Shown: positions 1-15,565, counted from the stretch's first letter. The stretch is 64,000 nt of DNA from Eledone cirrhosa (GCA_964016885.1 OZ024742.1:34472001-34536000), one strand, 5' to 3'. Notes: generated by a model not told the origin, from the sequence alone. Made by a program: numbers and translations.

Positions 1-550
1 ATGCTGAGATAAATATTTGGAAAGATTACAAGGAAATATGACATTTAAAAATAGAAAGACATAAAGGCGACTTGAATATTGAATTATATGTACGCAAGTA
101 TATATATATATGTGTGTGTGTGTATGTGTATATATATGTTTATGTTTCAGTTACTCTGAAGATTATGCTCCAATGACGTCAACCATGTGAAGGCTTTATA
201 TATTTGGAAATATTCCAGTTTTCACAAATACACACACACCACACACATGCAGAAACTCGAACGCAAGCAAAACTGATGCATAACGGAACTCTCTGAGCCA
301 CTCCGAATGTCCCACCATCTCCAGTAAGGACGGATAGGCATACGAAATCTATCGGGAGTAATATGTATTATCAACGCACAATCTCTCGTTTCTCATATTT
401 CCATCCCTTTCTTCTAAACCGTCTTTTCTCTCTCCTTCCTTATCCGGCTTTGTTACTTTAATATTTAGATAGCGATTTACAAATCAAATCATACCCACTT
501 TTCACACACGCATACTAGTCACCACACACACGTATATATGCACACACACG

Positions 551-616
<66 letters not shown>

Positions 617-810
617 CACATATATATATATATATACGTATATGTACGAAGAAAGTGTGGTAAGGAACCAGGTGGTCCATAACGCACCAGAGTACTCGAT
701 ACTTAGGGTAGTAGAGTGCGAAATGTATATATATGTATACGTTATACACACACACACACACACACGCACACACACACATATATATACATGTGTGTTATAC
801 ATATATACAT

Positions 811-887
<77 letters not shown>

Positions 888-892
<5 letters not shown>

Positions 893-1006
893 GTTTCTAC
901 TTTTGGCACAAGGCCACCAAATCCCCAGTGTATTACTGGTACTTTATTTTATCGACCCCATAAGGATGATAGGTACAGTTAACCTCGGCGGGATTTGAAC
1001 TCAGAA
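888..1006 (-). mobile_element. tRNA-derived SINE fragment (abundant octopod OK-like type)
   Basis: B-box-like gagttcaaatcccgccgagg plus body catccttatggggtcgataaaataaagtaccag; about 10 related copies in the window. Confidence 0.75.
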
Positions 1007-1053
1007 TGGCAAGGGCCAATATAAGATCAAAAGATGGTTAAAAGAGTTCCGTG

Positions 1054-1124
1054 TATTTTATTATGCGCATTTCAAAAACAAATATCATCATGGGATGATA
1101 TTTGCGTTCTCATCAGATAAAATA
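1054..1124 (-). ncRNA. Type I hammerhead ribozyme (family A, stem III palindrome AUGCGCAU)
   Basis: Minus strand reads tattttat-CTGATGA-gaacgcaaatatcatc(ccat)gatgatatttgttttt-GAAA-tgcgca-TA-ataaaata: 8-bp stem I, long stem II, intact core. Confidence 0.85.
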
Positions 1125-1203
1125 GGGTGACATGATATGAAGCTTAAAAAACACTTGCGTGCAGTGAAGTGTTAAATCAACATATATATATATATATATA
1201 TAT

Positions 1204-1411
1204 AACGAAGGAAATGTGGTAAGGAACCAAATGGACCATAACGCACCAAAGTACTCAATACTAAGGGTAGTAGAGTGGGTAACAGCAAAAGAGTCAAGAC
1301 CCCGACGGCTGAGCTCAAGCCGTTTCGACGGCTAATTCTGGACTAAAAGATTTTTAGTCCAGACTTAGCCGTCGAAACGGCTTGAGCTCAGCCTTCGGGG
1401 TCCTACTCGTT

Positions 1412-1413
<2 letters not shown>
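1204..1413. mobile_element. Fold-back mini-element (family G) carrying the 3' half of a hammerhead, in (TA)n
   Basis: Palindrome centred near 1350; GAAAC-ggc-ttgagctca-gcc-GTC-gggg. Related copies or fragments near 646, 4494, 5372, 5490, 5690, 5951, 31700, 48477 and 63276. Confidence 0.75.
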
Positions 1414-1474
<61 letters not shown>

Positions 1475-3039
1475 TAAGATATAAAAATCATATATATATT
1501 TACATGTTTGGGATTTTGTATATTCATGTGTGTGTGCGTGTGTGTGTGTATGTGTGTGTGTGTGTGTGTGTATTTGTCTATATCATATGTATGTATGTAT
1601 CTATGTATGTACCATATTTCTACTGTCAAAATTAATTCCCTTAAGCCATAACTTCAAAAGTTTATTAGATCTCGGTTGTCATTTATAATGATTTCTCTAA
1701 ATTCGCGTGGCTAGATTGGTTAATAATTTCGGTTCACTTAGAATATAGGCCATCAGATCAACGAAGCTACCGCCTCCACCACCATCAGCACCAACAGCAT
1801 CTCATATATCCAAACAAAAGACAAACCCAAACTGAAACCAATCTTTGTATATAAACATTCATTTTAACCCATAATACAATAGAATATGGTTATTGAGCTT
1901 TGACTGTCATTCCAAATCTTTTGAGATTTCTTTTCTAATTCCTGTGTCATATGAGTCATTTTCTTTGGCTTGGAAAGAGGTTGTGGTTGATTGAATCGAC
2001 TACCAATACTTTATAGGATTAAGTCGGTGAGTTAGCAGCGTCGTTAGAGCTATCGGATAGAATGATTTGTATTCGTTCTGGTTTTTCTGCACCCGGATTT
2101 CATATCCCACCGACATTAACTTAGTTTTGCGCTCTTTCTGAGTTACTAAATAAAGAACCAGTCCAGTACTGGATCGATTCTTCTTTATTTTCACTTTTTT
2201 TGTTCCTCTCCGAAAGTTATCGAATAGATGAAAGGTAAAATTGGACTCGGCAGGATTTGAACACAAAGTGCAGAGTTCCACAACAAATATAATAATTGTT
2301 TCTACTTTAGGCACAAGGCCAGCAAATCCAGTGCATTACTGGTACTTTATTTTATAATGCTGTGTATCCGATAGACTAAAGACTCTGCCAAACCGACACT
2401 CCTTGGTACTTTATTTTATAATGCTGTGTATCCGATACACTAAAGACCCTGCCAAACCGACACTCCTTAGTGACAATGCGGAGCACAGCATAAACACGTA
2501 AATGGAATGAAATTAGCAAAACAGTAATGGAACTGGAAGTATCTATTGTTGAAAATCATTTCAGAAATACATGGTTAAATAAATGACAATTAAAACTAGA
2601 TAAAGCTCACCAACCACGAAATTAATTTAAATTCAACATATATAATGAATGACCTTCAATGGTTTCCAGGATGACCATTTACTCTTTAGATCAACACAAC
2701 TTCCGATTTATAAATTACTGTGTTAAAGGTTGAGTGTTCCACACACATGCGTATCGATAATGTAATTTCCAGGCAGAATGATTACAATACGTGACGTGAC
2801 AGGAGTTTTGAAGTACAGGTATAGTCCTACCTATATTATTGTGTAAGTCGCTGAGCATTGCACAGACTATATGACTTATGTGAAATGGAAATTACTTGGT
2901 TTGAAATCATCTGAAAAGATATTTTCAGCTGAAATAAATATTGTATCTTCTCTATATAATGTGTTTAGCATTTAATTTAACTGTGGTCGCTATCCGTTCG
3001 TGTACAGACAGACATTATAAGGGTGCGACGTTATATGTA

Positions 3040-3270
3040 TGTATCTATCTAAAAAGAGAAAGACTAAGAATTATAGAGAGAGATCGCTAAATCGCCTAAT
3101 GCGGTCCCTAGGACATTGAAAATTTGAAAATGCTTTTGCTTAGAACAGTCCCTGAAACATAAGTATTACATGTGTAAAGTTTGAAAACAGTCGGTTGGGT
3201 GCTTCTCGAGCTTTAGGGATTCAAACTCACACACACACAGGCAGACATCCTCAGTTTTATATATATAGAT
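3040..3270 (-). mobile_element. Possible non-autonomous Helitron-like fragment
   Basis: Minus strand starts atctatatatataaaa followed by a (TG)n tract, the pattern typical of invertebrate non-autonomous Helitron 5' ends; no 3' CTAG end identified. Confidence 0.35.
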
Positions 3271-3749
3271 TAGGGACAATGAAAATGTAGAGGCGAGATT
3301 TAGTGCTTAATTAGTTGATTGTCTTCTAATCGTTTTAGAAGGTTGACTGATCATGATAATATCGATATAATAACTAATCGATAGTCTGACAAAGACGGGT
3401 GAGATGGAGCTGTTAATAATATGGAGTTGTATAACTACTATTTATTAATCAGTATATCGATATCATACTCAATAAACCTTCTGAAACGATCATTAAAAAA
3501 ATGAATTGATTAGGCAGTAAAGCTCCCCTTTTTGTTTTCATTGTTCAATATATATATATGACACTTTAGTTCGTTTCAATGCTCAACGGATCAAAATATG
3601 ATAATATCCTACCACAAAAACAAAAATCACCTCATGTCGTTGGGCTTTTTACTCCCTGAACTATGAGTTCTAACAGTGTTACTACTGGACGTAGATAACA
3701 GTATATACTGTATACATTTTTATGTCTTAATTACTTTAGTTTACTCATT

Positions 3750-3940
3750 ATTGTGGATTGGCAGTATCGGTAGAGAGTCGGACGCCATGCTTTCCAGCAT
3801 AGTTACGTCCCTTTACGATCTGAGTTCAAATCCCGCCGAGGTTGACTTTGCCTTTCATCCTTACGGGGTCGATAAATTAAAGTACCAGTAATGCACTGGT
3901 TAATTGCTGTCCTTGTACCTAAAGTAGAAACAATTATTAA
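3750..3940 (+). mobile_element. tRNA-derived SINE (OK-like)
   Basis: A-box-like tggcagtatcgg, B-box gagttcaaatcc, conserved body gcctttcatccttacggggtcgataaattaaagtaccag, tail aaagtagaaacaattatt. Confidence 0.8.
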
Positions 3941-4385
3941 TTTTATAATGTTCTGACTAATTGATTAATGATTTAGTTAATTCATTCGTTAAGCAAAAAT
4001 TGTAATTGATGACCACTTTTATATGTATCTATATGCTTACGTGAACGTATCTAGTATTATTTGTTTGTACTACCAACACTGTTGAGTGAGAAATGAACTG
4101 CTATTTCTAGTGACCCCCGTATGCTTGCCAACAGTCCATTTATTATTTTCCTTCTTGTGAACTATACCACGTGTCGGTTGTCCCTTTTGAAAAATACATC
4201 GATTATAAATAGTCATTCGAAAATTCTCTGGGTACGAGAAGGTTCCCCAACGGGTATTATTCCCTAGCCTTTATGCTAAATAATTAGAATATTAGGTAGG
4301 TCTTATAGTACGAACTGGTGTACGAACCAAGAAGTATTTTGGGGTAAAACGTTTTTGCCTTTTGTCTTAATTACTTTACTTTACC

Positions 4386-4495
<110 letters not shown>

Positions 4496-4689
4496 CGAAG
4501 GAAATGTGGTAAGGAACCAGGTGGACCATAACGCACCAAAGTACTCAATACTTAGGGTAGTAGAGTGGGTAATAGGAACAAGTAAGACCCCGACGGCTGA
4601 GCTCAAGCCGTTTCGACCCGGTTGGGGTCTTACTTGTTCCTATATATATAATTAACAATTGGTAAAGTAAAGTATATATATATATATAT

Positions 4690-5247
4690 AAATGGAAAAA
4701 ATGAAACGAAATTTCATTTCTCACTCTTAGTACGGCTGTTACTTAAATATAAGTATATATACGTACATATATATATGTATACATACATGCACACATATAA
4801 ATATGTACGTATGGATTTACCGAACATTTATTAAAATTCTCGGTTTGTTTGTAAACAAACATCCCGAATTAAGCCGTACAGTGTTTAGCAACCATCGTTG
4901 CCCTTTGTTCAACACTGACAAAGGAACGATGTACTAGTTTCAAGTTTGTTAGCTATCGTCAACACCGTATACCTTCCTGCCAGATGATTGAACGTCTGAA
5001 AGTATATACTCTCCTTATGCATATTAACGGCTGAGCAGCCTAATTTGCATATCGAGTGAGTTAATCGGCCGGGCGCACCAAAAACGATAAATAGAAAAAA
5101 TGAAACGAAATTTCATTTCTCACTCTTAGTACGGCTGTTACTTAAATATAAGTATGTATACGCACATACATATATGTATACAGACGTACAGTAGTATGTA
5201 TATATATATACATACATGCACATATATATATATATATATACATATAT

Positions 5248-5315
<68 letters not shown>

Positions 5316-5345
5316 CGTATGGATTTACCGAACATTTATTATAAT
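4690..5345 (-). mobile_element. Non-coding tandem-unit element (about 400-bp period) with a hammerhead; retrozyme-like
   Basis: aaaaatgaaacgaaatttcatttctcactcttagtacgg occurs at about 4697 and about 5096. Minus-strand HHR at 4926-4968 (core TTGACGA, GAAAC-TA-GTA); intact sister HHR at 52753-52795. Confidence 0.75.
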
Positions 5346-5596
5346 GCTCGACAGCTAGATTGGATCTAGATGTCGAAACGGCCGGAGCTCAGCCGTCGGG
5401 GTCCTGACTCTTTTCCTATATATATATATATATATATATATGAGACCTTGTCGTTCAACAACTGGTTTGGATTAGAGGTTCAAAAGTCTAGAGCTCAGCC
5501 GTCGGGGTCCCGACTCTTTCATATTACCACACTCTACTAACCAAAATATAGAGTAATAGTGAGTAATTGTCAAACAGCTTTTTACTGTATCCATTT

Positions 5597-5682
<86 letters not shown>

Positions 5683-5879
5683 TTAGATCAGGATTATACC
5701 ACCCTAAACTAGCAAGGCCATAATTCAAAGTGTACTCAATACTTGGAAAAGTAGAGTAAATATAATAGAGAGTCAAAGACCAACGTCTGAGCTCTTACTG
5801 TTTCGAGAGCAAATCCAAATTTACACTCGAAATGACAAGAGCACACGCGTCGGGCCCTGACGCTCTACTATATATATAT

Positions 5880-5952
<73 letters not shown>

Positions 5953-6326
5953 AAAATGCTTGACCCCGACGGCAGAGCTTAAGCCGTTTCGACGGCTATT
6001 TCTGGACAGACTCTACTACCCTAAGTATGATTACTCTGGTGCGTTATGGTCCATCTGGTTCCTTACCACACCTCCTTCGTTATATATCTATATATATATA
6101 TATAAACATATATATATGTGTGTGTGTAAATAGGGTGAAAAAAACGATTATTAGGAAGAAAAATTTTTTTTTTTCCTTTTATTTTTCTCTCTTTTTTTCT
6201 GGGTTAGAAAATGTTTAAAACAAAATATTTTACTTTGTGTGAAGTGTTAAGGTATTTGCTAATTTATTTATTAATTAACAATAGCATTGATTTATTTATT
6301 TAAACATTGATTTATTTAATAATTAT

Positions 6327-6364
6327 CAATTACCGGTTTCAGCATTTTATGCATTATCAAATTA
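6327..6364 (-). ncRNA. Hammerhead variant with U3/A8 core
   Basis: taat-TTGATAA-t-gca(taaaa)tgc-t-GAAAC-cg-GTA-attg. Confidence 0.6.
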
Positions 6365-6590
6365 TGTGAGTGGGAGAGAAAAAAAAGGGGGAGGAATTTG
6401 TATTGGTATAACATGTAGGAGAGAAGATAAGGTGTTGTTGAACATGTTATTGAAATGGGAAAGAAAAAATAATATTATTTACGAACAAGGATTTTAAAGT
6501 AAAAAAAAAAGGGTGATGTGGAACATGATAAGGTAATGGGAAAGAAAGAATAATATTATTTATAGGCATGGTTCTTGAGGATAAGCAGTT

Positions 6591-6662
<72 letters not shown>

Positions 6663-7293
6663 CAGCAGTCTACCTTAGAACCTACTTCGTGCAACCCACG
6701 TGGGTGAGTTCAGTCCAGCACGTACTTCGGACAATTAGATGTCTTGAATAGTTGGATGGATACATTTACTCACTATCGATTAACCGTTGCGTTGATTAAT
6801 CAACTGGGATTGAACCACCGGGAAATTTTGTATGCTTTGATTTAGAGATTATTGATTAACTGATGTCTTGATAAATTAACCGATGAAGGCTAGTATCTTA
6901 GCGCGTTAATTAATTGATTGATTGGTTGGTCAATCAATTGATCAAATCGATTGCTTACAGTGTGTTATACACCTTGCCAGAAACAACAACTGTTGGCTTT
7001 AGTTCCTTTGGACATCCTATTACGAATTACTAAGTAAGTGATGTTCTTGTGTTCCAACGGGATACCTACTGTCCGTGTTTTCTTTTTATGATTATTTATA
7101 CATTATTTATAGATCTATTAACACAAAATGTTATAAAACAAGTTAAGGAATATAATACCATATACAGGCATAACATCATGAACAAGATACGCTAAGCCCA
7201 TAAATGTACACATTGTACAAATGTAACAATACAATAAGCATGTTAAGAAATATAACTAACAAGCAAGTCATGAATTCTGGTCCACCCTCTATA

Positions 7294-8197
7294 CAGTGGC
7301 GGACTGGGTCTAAATTATTGGTTGCCAGATGAAGGGGACCCGCCTACATATAGAATGCTATCATTTAATTTTTATAGTGAATAAATAACATTTTCGAAAA
7401 ATACATAAGAGGAAATGTAACAGTGCCATCAAATTTTTGCGGAAAAATATCTTACCTTCTCCAATAAAAAATATTATGTATTTTGCGAAATCCAGAGACT
7501 TTGAATAATGACCCGAAGTTGACCCTATATATTAGTAATAGCTCTAGGAAAGCCATGAAGGACAGCACATCCTTTAACTTTGATTTTGAAATTAGGTTTA
7601 TAATTATCAATTTTCATTATACTTTGGTAGCTGTCTCGATGGCCCAATTGGGGGAATCATAGACGGTGTGATCCTGGTCTGAAATTCGATCCTGGTTGGG
7701 AGTAGGGTTCCCAGTAAACGTTTTCAGTTTTTTTTTCTATTGGTTGTAAAATATAAATTGTAAAGGTTACATGTACCTCTTGACCAGGATTGAACCCAAA
7801 GTCAAGATCTCCACCGTCTCTTGTACCTACCACTAGGCCACAGAGACAACTACGAAAATCTTAAGAACTACTTTCACATTTTTTAAAACAGTGTTGTAGT
7901 GCCGTTCATGTCTTTATTAATATTATTGCTCCTACTTAAGGTGGACTTCTAAATAATTTGGGTGTTCCATAAACTACATCCTCGTTTTGTTTCACATCTA
8001 TCTAGACTATATTTTAACCTGTAATCCATGTTTCATTTCTGTTGCACCTCATTTCTCTCCCCCTTCTCTCTTTCTCTCTGTCATATTTGAATCTACTATG
8101 ATTTAGGCTTACTTAATTCAAATATACATGTTTTTGTATGTCAGATTCAATCTTACAGTGATTGGCATTATATATATACAGTATATATATATATACA

Positions 8198-8236
<39 letters not shown>

Positions 8237-8486
8237 TCTAAAAGTATTGGTTGTCAGATGAAGGGGGCCCACCTACATATAGAATGCTATCATTAAATTT
8301 ATATAATGAATAAATAATATTTTCAAAAAATACATAAGTGGAAATAAATCAGTGCAATCAAAATTTGGCCCCTAAATTACTACAGTGGGCCCTGCAATGC
8401 TATCGAGGGCTCTTGCAATGCTACCGTGGACCCCCTGTGGCCCACTTGCCATTGCGTAACCTAACAAACTGGCCAGTCCGCTACTG
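7294..8486. mobile_element. hAT-like MITE / non-autonomous DNA transposon
   Basis: 14-bp TIRs cagtggcggactgg / ccagtccgctactg (1 mismatch); 8-bp flanks cctctata / cctgcata (6/8 match, TSD-like); internal duplication of about 7306-7440 at about 8235-8370. Confidence 0.65.
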
Positions 8487-8669
8487 CCTGCATATATATA
8501 TATATATATATATATATAGTTTGGTTGACAGTTATACTAATGTGCACAGACACACAGATATATTGTCCCTGGTATGACAGTGTGGTTTTAGCTCAATGTA
8601 GGGTAACTAGTAAACTACAGAGCCGTTATAAGTTTAGGAATAACAAAAGAATTCTTAGAAATACATTGT

Positions 8670-8728
8670 TTTATTTGCTAACAGTGTTTCATCCATACCC
8701 TAGGGAAGGAATCATCAGATCATATAAA
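8670..8728 (-). ncRNA. Type I hammerhead ribozyme
   Basis: tttatatgat-CTGATGA-ttccttccctagggtatgga-t-GAAAC-act-GTT-agcaaataaa; stem I pairs at 8 of 10 positions. Confidence 0.65.
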
Positions 8729-9243
8729 CAAAAGTATATCAAAGGTTGCAGGCTCCATCGAGCCTAAGCACCAGAACAAGGAAGAAGGACAAGTAGGAGG
8801 GGGGAGCACAAAAAATGATACATATAATGTCACAAAAAATTACATGATAAAAAATTAGGTCGAAAGTTTATCACGTAAATGGTGCAATAGATAAGGAGGT
8901 TGAGAGAGGAGAGCGAGAAATGAATGATGGTGTTACTCAGCATGATCAAAAAACAAACCAAGCATAGATACATCAATTCACAAGCAGCGCAAGCACATGA
9001 TTTAAAGGCATGTGCTTGACTGTCACCACTGATTATGAACCTGAAGATTGCGAAAGCATGAAAGTACTTGTTCAATTAACATTTTACATTTAATATTCTA
9101 CTATACTATTTCATTATAATATCATTATAATTTTAAATGATTGTAAATAAAACGAGTAAATCAGACAAAGCTGGATTTCCTTTTATTAATATAATCTTCT
9201 ATACACAATCATACACACCCGTGTATATTTATTTATATATCTA

Positions 9244-9343
<100 letters not shown>

Positions 9344-9358
9344 TTTTAATATAGATGA

Positions 9359-9407
9359 GATTCTACAGGACTAGAACTGTTTCATTCATTAGAAATCATC
9401 AGGAATC
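9359..9407 (-). ncRNA. Type I hammerhead ribozyme with fully looped stem III
   Basis: gattc-CTGATGA-t-ttc(taat)gaa-t-GAAAcag(ttctagtc)ctgTA-gaatc. Confidence 0.75.
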
Positions 9408-9553
9408 ATCAGGAATCCTCTGTTATACTCTGCTATGTATTGAGTACCTTACTTACTGTGGTTACCTCCGATTCAACCCGGAATAACGTATATATATATA
9501 TATATATATATATTCATATATGAACATATATATATATATATATATTCATATAT

Positions 9554-9655
<102 letters not shown>

Positions 9656-9706
9656 TCATATATGAATATATATATATATATATTCATATATGAATATATA
9701 CATATA

Positions 9707-9786
<80 letters not shown>

Positions 9787-10270
9787 TATATATATATATA
9801 TTAAGTATTGAAGTTTGCTTGAAGTATTGTGGAACAATAAGTAAATATCTTTAAGTCGTTTGGAAGCCTCGACAATGCAAATGGGTAAATCTCCGGGTAA
9901 CAAGGTCCGGTGGTGGAGAGAGAGATGTAAGTGGGTGTACGTTGAGATGCGTGGTGTGTATAAGATGTGTGAGATGTGTAGAATGAAGGGAAGAGTATAA
10001 AGGATAAAATAGAAATAACAACACAAGAGAGAGTTACCTTGGGAGAGATTTAATAGTCCCTATATATTTCGGATTCACATCCATCAACTGGGGGTTTTTC
10101 CGGGGTGGGGTAAAAGGTTGTCTGTCGGACAAGTCCAGAACGCGTCCTTCGCTGTTTGTTGTTTTGAATAAAAACAACAAACAGCGAAGGACGCGTTCCG
10201 ACACCGGACCTTGTTACCCGGAGATTTACCCATTTATAATGTTGAGGCTTCCAAACGACTTAAAGATATT

Positions 10271-10337
<67 letters not shown>

Positions 10338-10354
10338 GTATATGTATATATATG

Positions 10355-10980
<626 letters not shown>

Positions 10981-11009
10981 CACACACACTCACATATATA
11001 TATATAGTA

Positions 11010-11275
11010 ATAATAATATATTTGAAGACTAAAATCCAAAGAGGGCTCGATAAGGATAAATATATATCAAATATATAAGTACTGTAGAGCAAATATTTAT
11101 TAAAATAACATATTAATGTTTAAGCAAAAATAGATGCTTTCACCCTTAACGGGATCTTCTGAAACTATAAAAGTCCATCTGTGAACGCAGAATTAAATAA
11201 TTCAAAATACGTTGCAACCGAAGGATGACAGGAAGACGATACTTTGGTTCGTGGCAAAGAACGGAAAAAAACGAA
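11010..11275 (-). mobile_element. Family E terminal fragment with CAGAAGA hammerhead variant
   Basis: Same sequence at 29060-29214 (plus), 31300-31530 (minus) and 63552-63660 (minus). Confidence 0.65.
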
Positions 11276-11277
11276 GC

Positions 11278-11360
<83 letters not shown>

Positions 11361-11363
<3 letters not shown>

Positions 11364-11539
11364 GGAGGTGAGTTTTATTGTAGTACAATAAAGCAATGCA
11401 GATATCGGATAAGAAGCACTCTACAGTTTGTAGGACTGGAGTATACATAATATATAAGATCAAAAGTTATTGCATGATGATATTTGTTTTTGAAATGCGC
11501 ATAATAAAATACATGGAACTCTTTTAACCATCTTTTGAT

Positions 11540-11543
<4 letters not shown>
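11361..11543. mobile_element. Family A fold-back insertion in (TA)n
   Basis: Minus long arm 11361-11466 joined to a plus arm with the 3' half of the HHR (gaaatgcgcata), ending gatctta(TA)n. Confidence 0.7.
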
Positions 11544-11593
<50 letters not shown>

Positions 11594-11844
11594 TGAATGC
11601 TGACACAATTAGTAGAAACAAGTTATTTACTCACACTTCATCTGTCGGATATGATGATATACGATGATTAAATCCAGTGAAAGTAATTCGAAGTTTCTAT
11701 ACTCACCTAAACAAAGAAAACAAAGAGATATTAATAATCCTGGAGATAGGAATTGTTTATAAAAAATATATCAACGGCATTCAACATCTTTATTATCGTC
11801 TTCATGAATATCATCAGCACAATCACTGTAAGCAATGTTGATCT

Positions 11845-12400
11845 CCATCACCACCACTACTACCACTACCACTAGGACTAGCACTAGGACTACCACCACT
11901 AGCACTACCACTACCACTAGGACTAGCACTACCACCATTAGCACTACCACTACCATAACAACTACCACTACCACTACCACTACCACTACCACAACTAGCA
12001 CTACCACCACTAGCACTACCACTACCAGCACTAGCACTACCACTACCACTAGCACTACCACCACCACTAGCACTACCACGACCACCACTACTAGTACTAC
12101 CACTACCACTAGGACTACCATTACCACCACTAGCACTACCACTAGTACCACCACCTCCACTACGACCTCCAACACCATCACCACCACCACTACCAGCACC
12201 ACCACTACTACCATCACTAGCACCACCACCACCTCCACTAGCACTACCACTACCACCACTAGCACTACCACCACCACCACAACCACCAATAGCACTACCA
12301 CGACGACCACCACCACCACCTCCACTAGCACTACCAACACGACCACCACCACCACCACCGCCACTACCACCCCAACATCGTCATCATCTCCTCCACCACC
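11845..12400. repeat. Degenerate (ACT/ACC)n trinucleotide microsatellite
   Basis: Direct inspection; produces the poly-Thr and poly-Val pseudo-ORFs. Confidence 0.9.
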
Positions 12401-12654
12401 ATAATTAATATTAATATCACCAGCACCATCATCGTTACTCCCACCACCACCATCATTAACAGCATCATCAACATCACCTTTATTATCATCATTCTGATCA
12501 CCACCACCACCACCACCACCAGAAACATGCCGACCATCACTATCACCATCATCATCACCATTACCATTATCATCAACACTAACATCAACACCATGTCGAA
12601 AAACCACCACCGTAACAAGAAGCAATATCAACAGCATCATCATTATCATCATCA

Positions 12655-14270
<1,616 letters not shown>

Positions 14271-14326
14271 ACAGAATTGTTAAAACATCTGACAAAATGC
14301 TTCGCAATATTTAGTAACTACAAGGG

Positions 14327-14530
14327 TGGCGGATTGGCAGCATCGGTGGAGCCTCGGACAACATGCTTTATGGCATAGAGTTTCGGCCCTTTACAATCTG
14401 AGTTCAAATCCTGCAGAGGTTAGTCTTGTCTTTCATCCTTACATAGTCGATAAAATAAAGTTCCAGTAATGTACTGAGGTCGATTTAATCTACTTTCCCC
14501 GGCCCCAAATTGTTGGTCTTGTGTCTAAAC
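14327..14530 (+). mobile_element. tRNA-derived SINE (OK-like), near full length
   Basis: ggcggattggcagcatcgg...gagttcaaatcc...tttcatccttacatagtcgataaaataaag. Confidence 0.75.
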
Positions 14531-14854
14531 TAATATTTAGTAACTGTACACTACGTTCTCTGGTTAACTCCTACCAACTAACTTTTCACCCCTCCCCCCA
14601 ACACTTCAATAAAAGAACCAGTCAAGTATGTGTGTGTGTGTGTGTGTGTGCATGTTTGTGCCTGTGTGTGTATGGTAAATACATCCTTCCCACCGGTATT
14701 CTTTACCAAATCTAATGTGTTTGTGTGTGTGTGTGTGTGACAACTCACACCTATGCAGGTTTAGCTGGCCTCCTGCAAGCTATATCTCGTTGGAGGTGCC
14801 TTGGGTGATTTATGATAGGGATCCCAACCCTATCATCTCATTTCTACAGCCGAG

Positions 14855-14976
14855 TAAACCGGAGCAACGTGAAATAAAATGTCTTGTTCAAGGAAACAAC
14901 CCATCACCCGGTCCGAGAATTGAACTCGCAACTTTTCGATTGCAAGCCCAATGCTCTAACCACTAAGCCATGCGCG
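14855..14976 (-). mobile_element. Second tRNA-derived SINE family (OR/CORE-like)
   Basis: Minus strand tggcttagtggttagagc...gagttcaattctc...ccttgaacaagacattttatttcacgttgctcc; homologous to 39119-39236. Confidence 0.7.
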
Positions 14977-15379
14977 GTCACCAGTCAAGTATAGTGTCGA
15001 TTTAATCGACTTCACCATTTACAAATAATTACTGAATTAGAAACCATAATTATCTTTTTATGTCGGTGGTGGTGGGAACGATGATGGTTGTGACGTTGGT
15101 GGTGGTGGCAGTGTCAACGATTTGTGTCAAATCCTCTTGCTCCACCCAATTAATGAAGTTCCCTAAATTGGGGCAACCTGGTCGTGGGCTGTCACTTTAG
15201 ATATGGGGGTGTGTTTCCATCGTGACTTAGATGCTGGGCGGTATTCATCTTACCAAGTATTCATTACCCCATTAAGTTTAATCGGCCAGCAGAATCAGTT
15301 ACGAGGGTGTTATTGAAAAATATCTCGAAGCCTAAGTGAGGGTCAGATAAAAACCAATGTACTCGTTCATTCTTAACAA

Positions 15380-15565
15380 TCATTTCTACTTTTGGCACAA
15401 GGCCAGCAATTACCCCAGTGCATTACTGGTGCTTTATTTATCGACCCCGTAAGGATGAAAGGCAAAGTTAACCTCGGCCGTATTTGAACTCAGAACGTAA
15501 AGGGCCGTAACTCTATGCTTCAAAGGAAGGTGTCCGACGCTCTACCGATTCTGCCAATTCACTGA
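15380..15565 (-). mobile_element. tRNA-derived SINE (OK-like)
   Basis: Same body as 3750-3940. Further copies at about 16280-16400 (+), 19195-19380 (-), 26205-26400 (-) and 32935-33160 (+). Confidence 0.75.

Noticed and set aside
2340-2468. About 65-bp direct tandem duplication
   Set aside because: Local duplication of SINE-derived sequence with no further structure.
6875-7000. CCGATGA...GAAACA..TGTT hammerhead-like arrangement
   Set aside because: Core is mutated and stem I does not pair.
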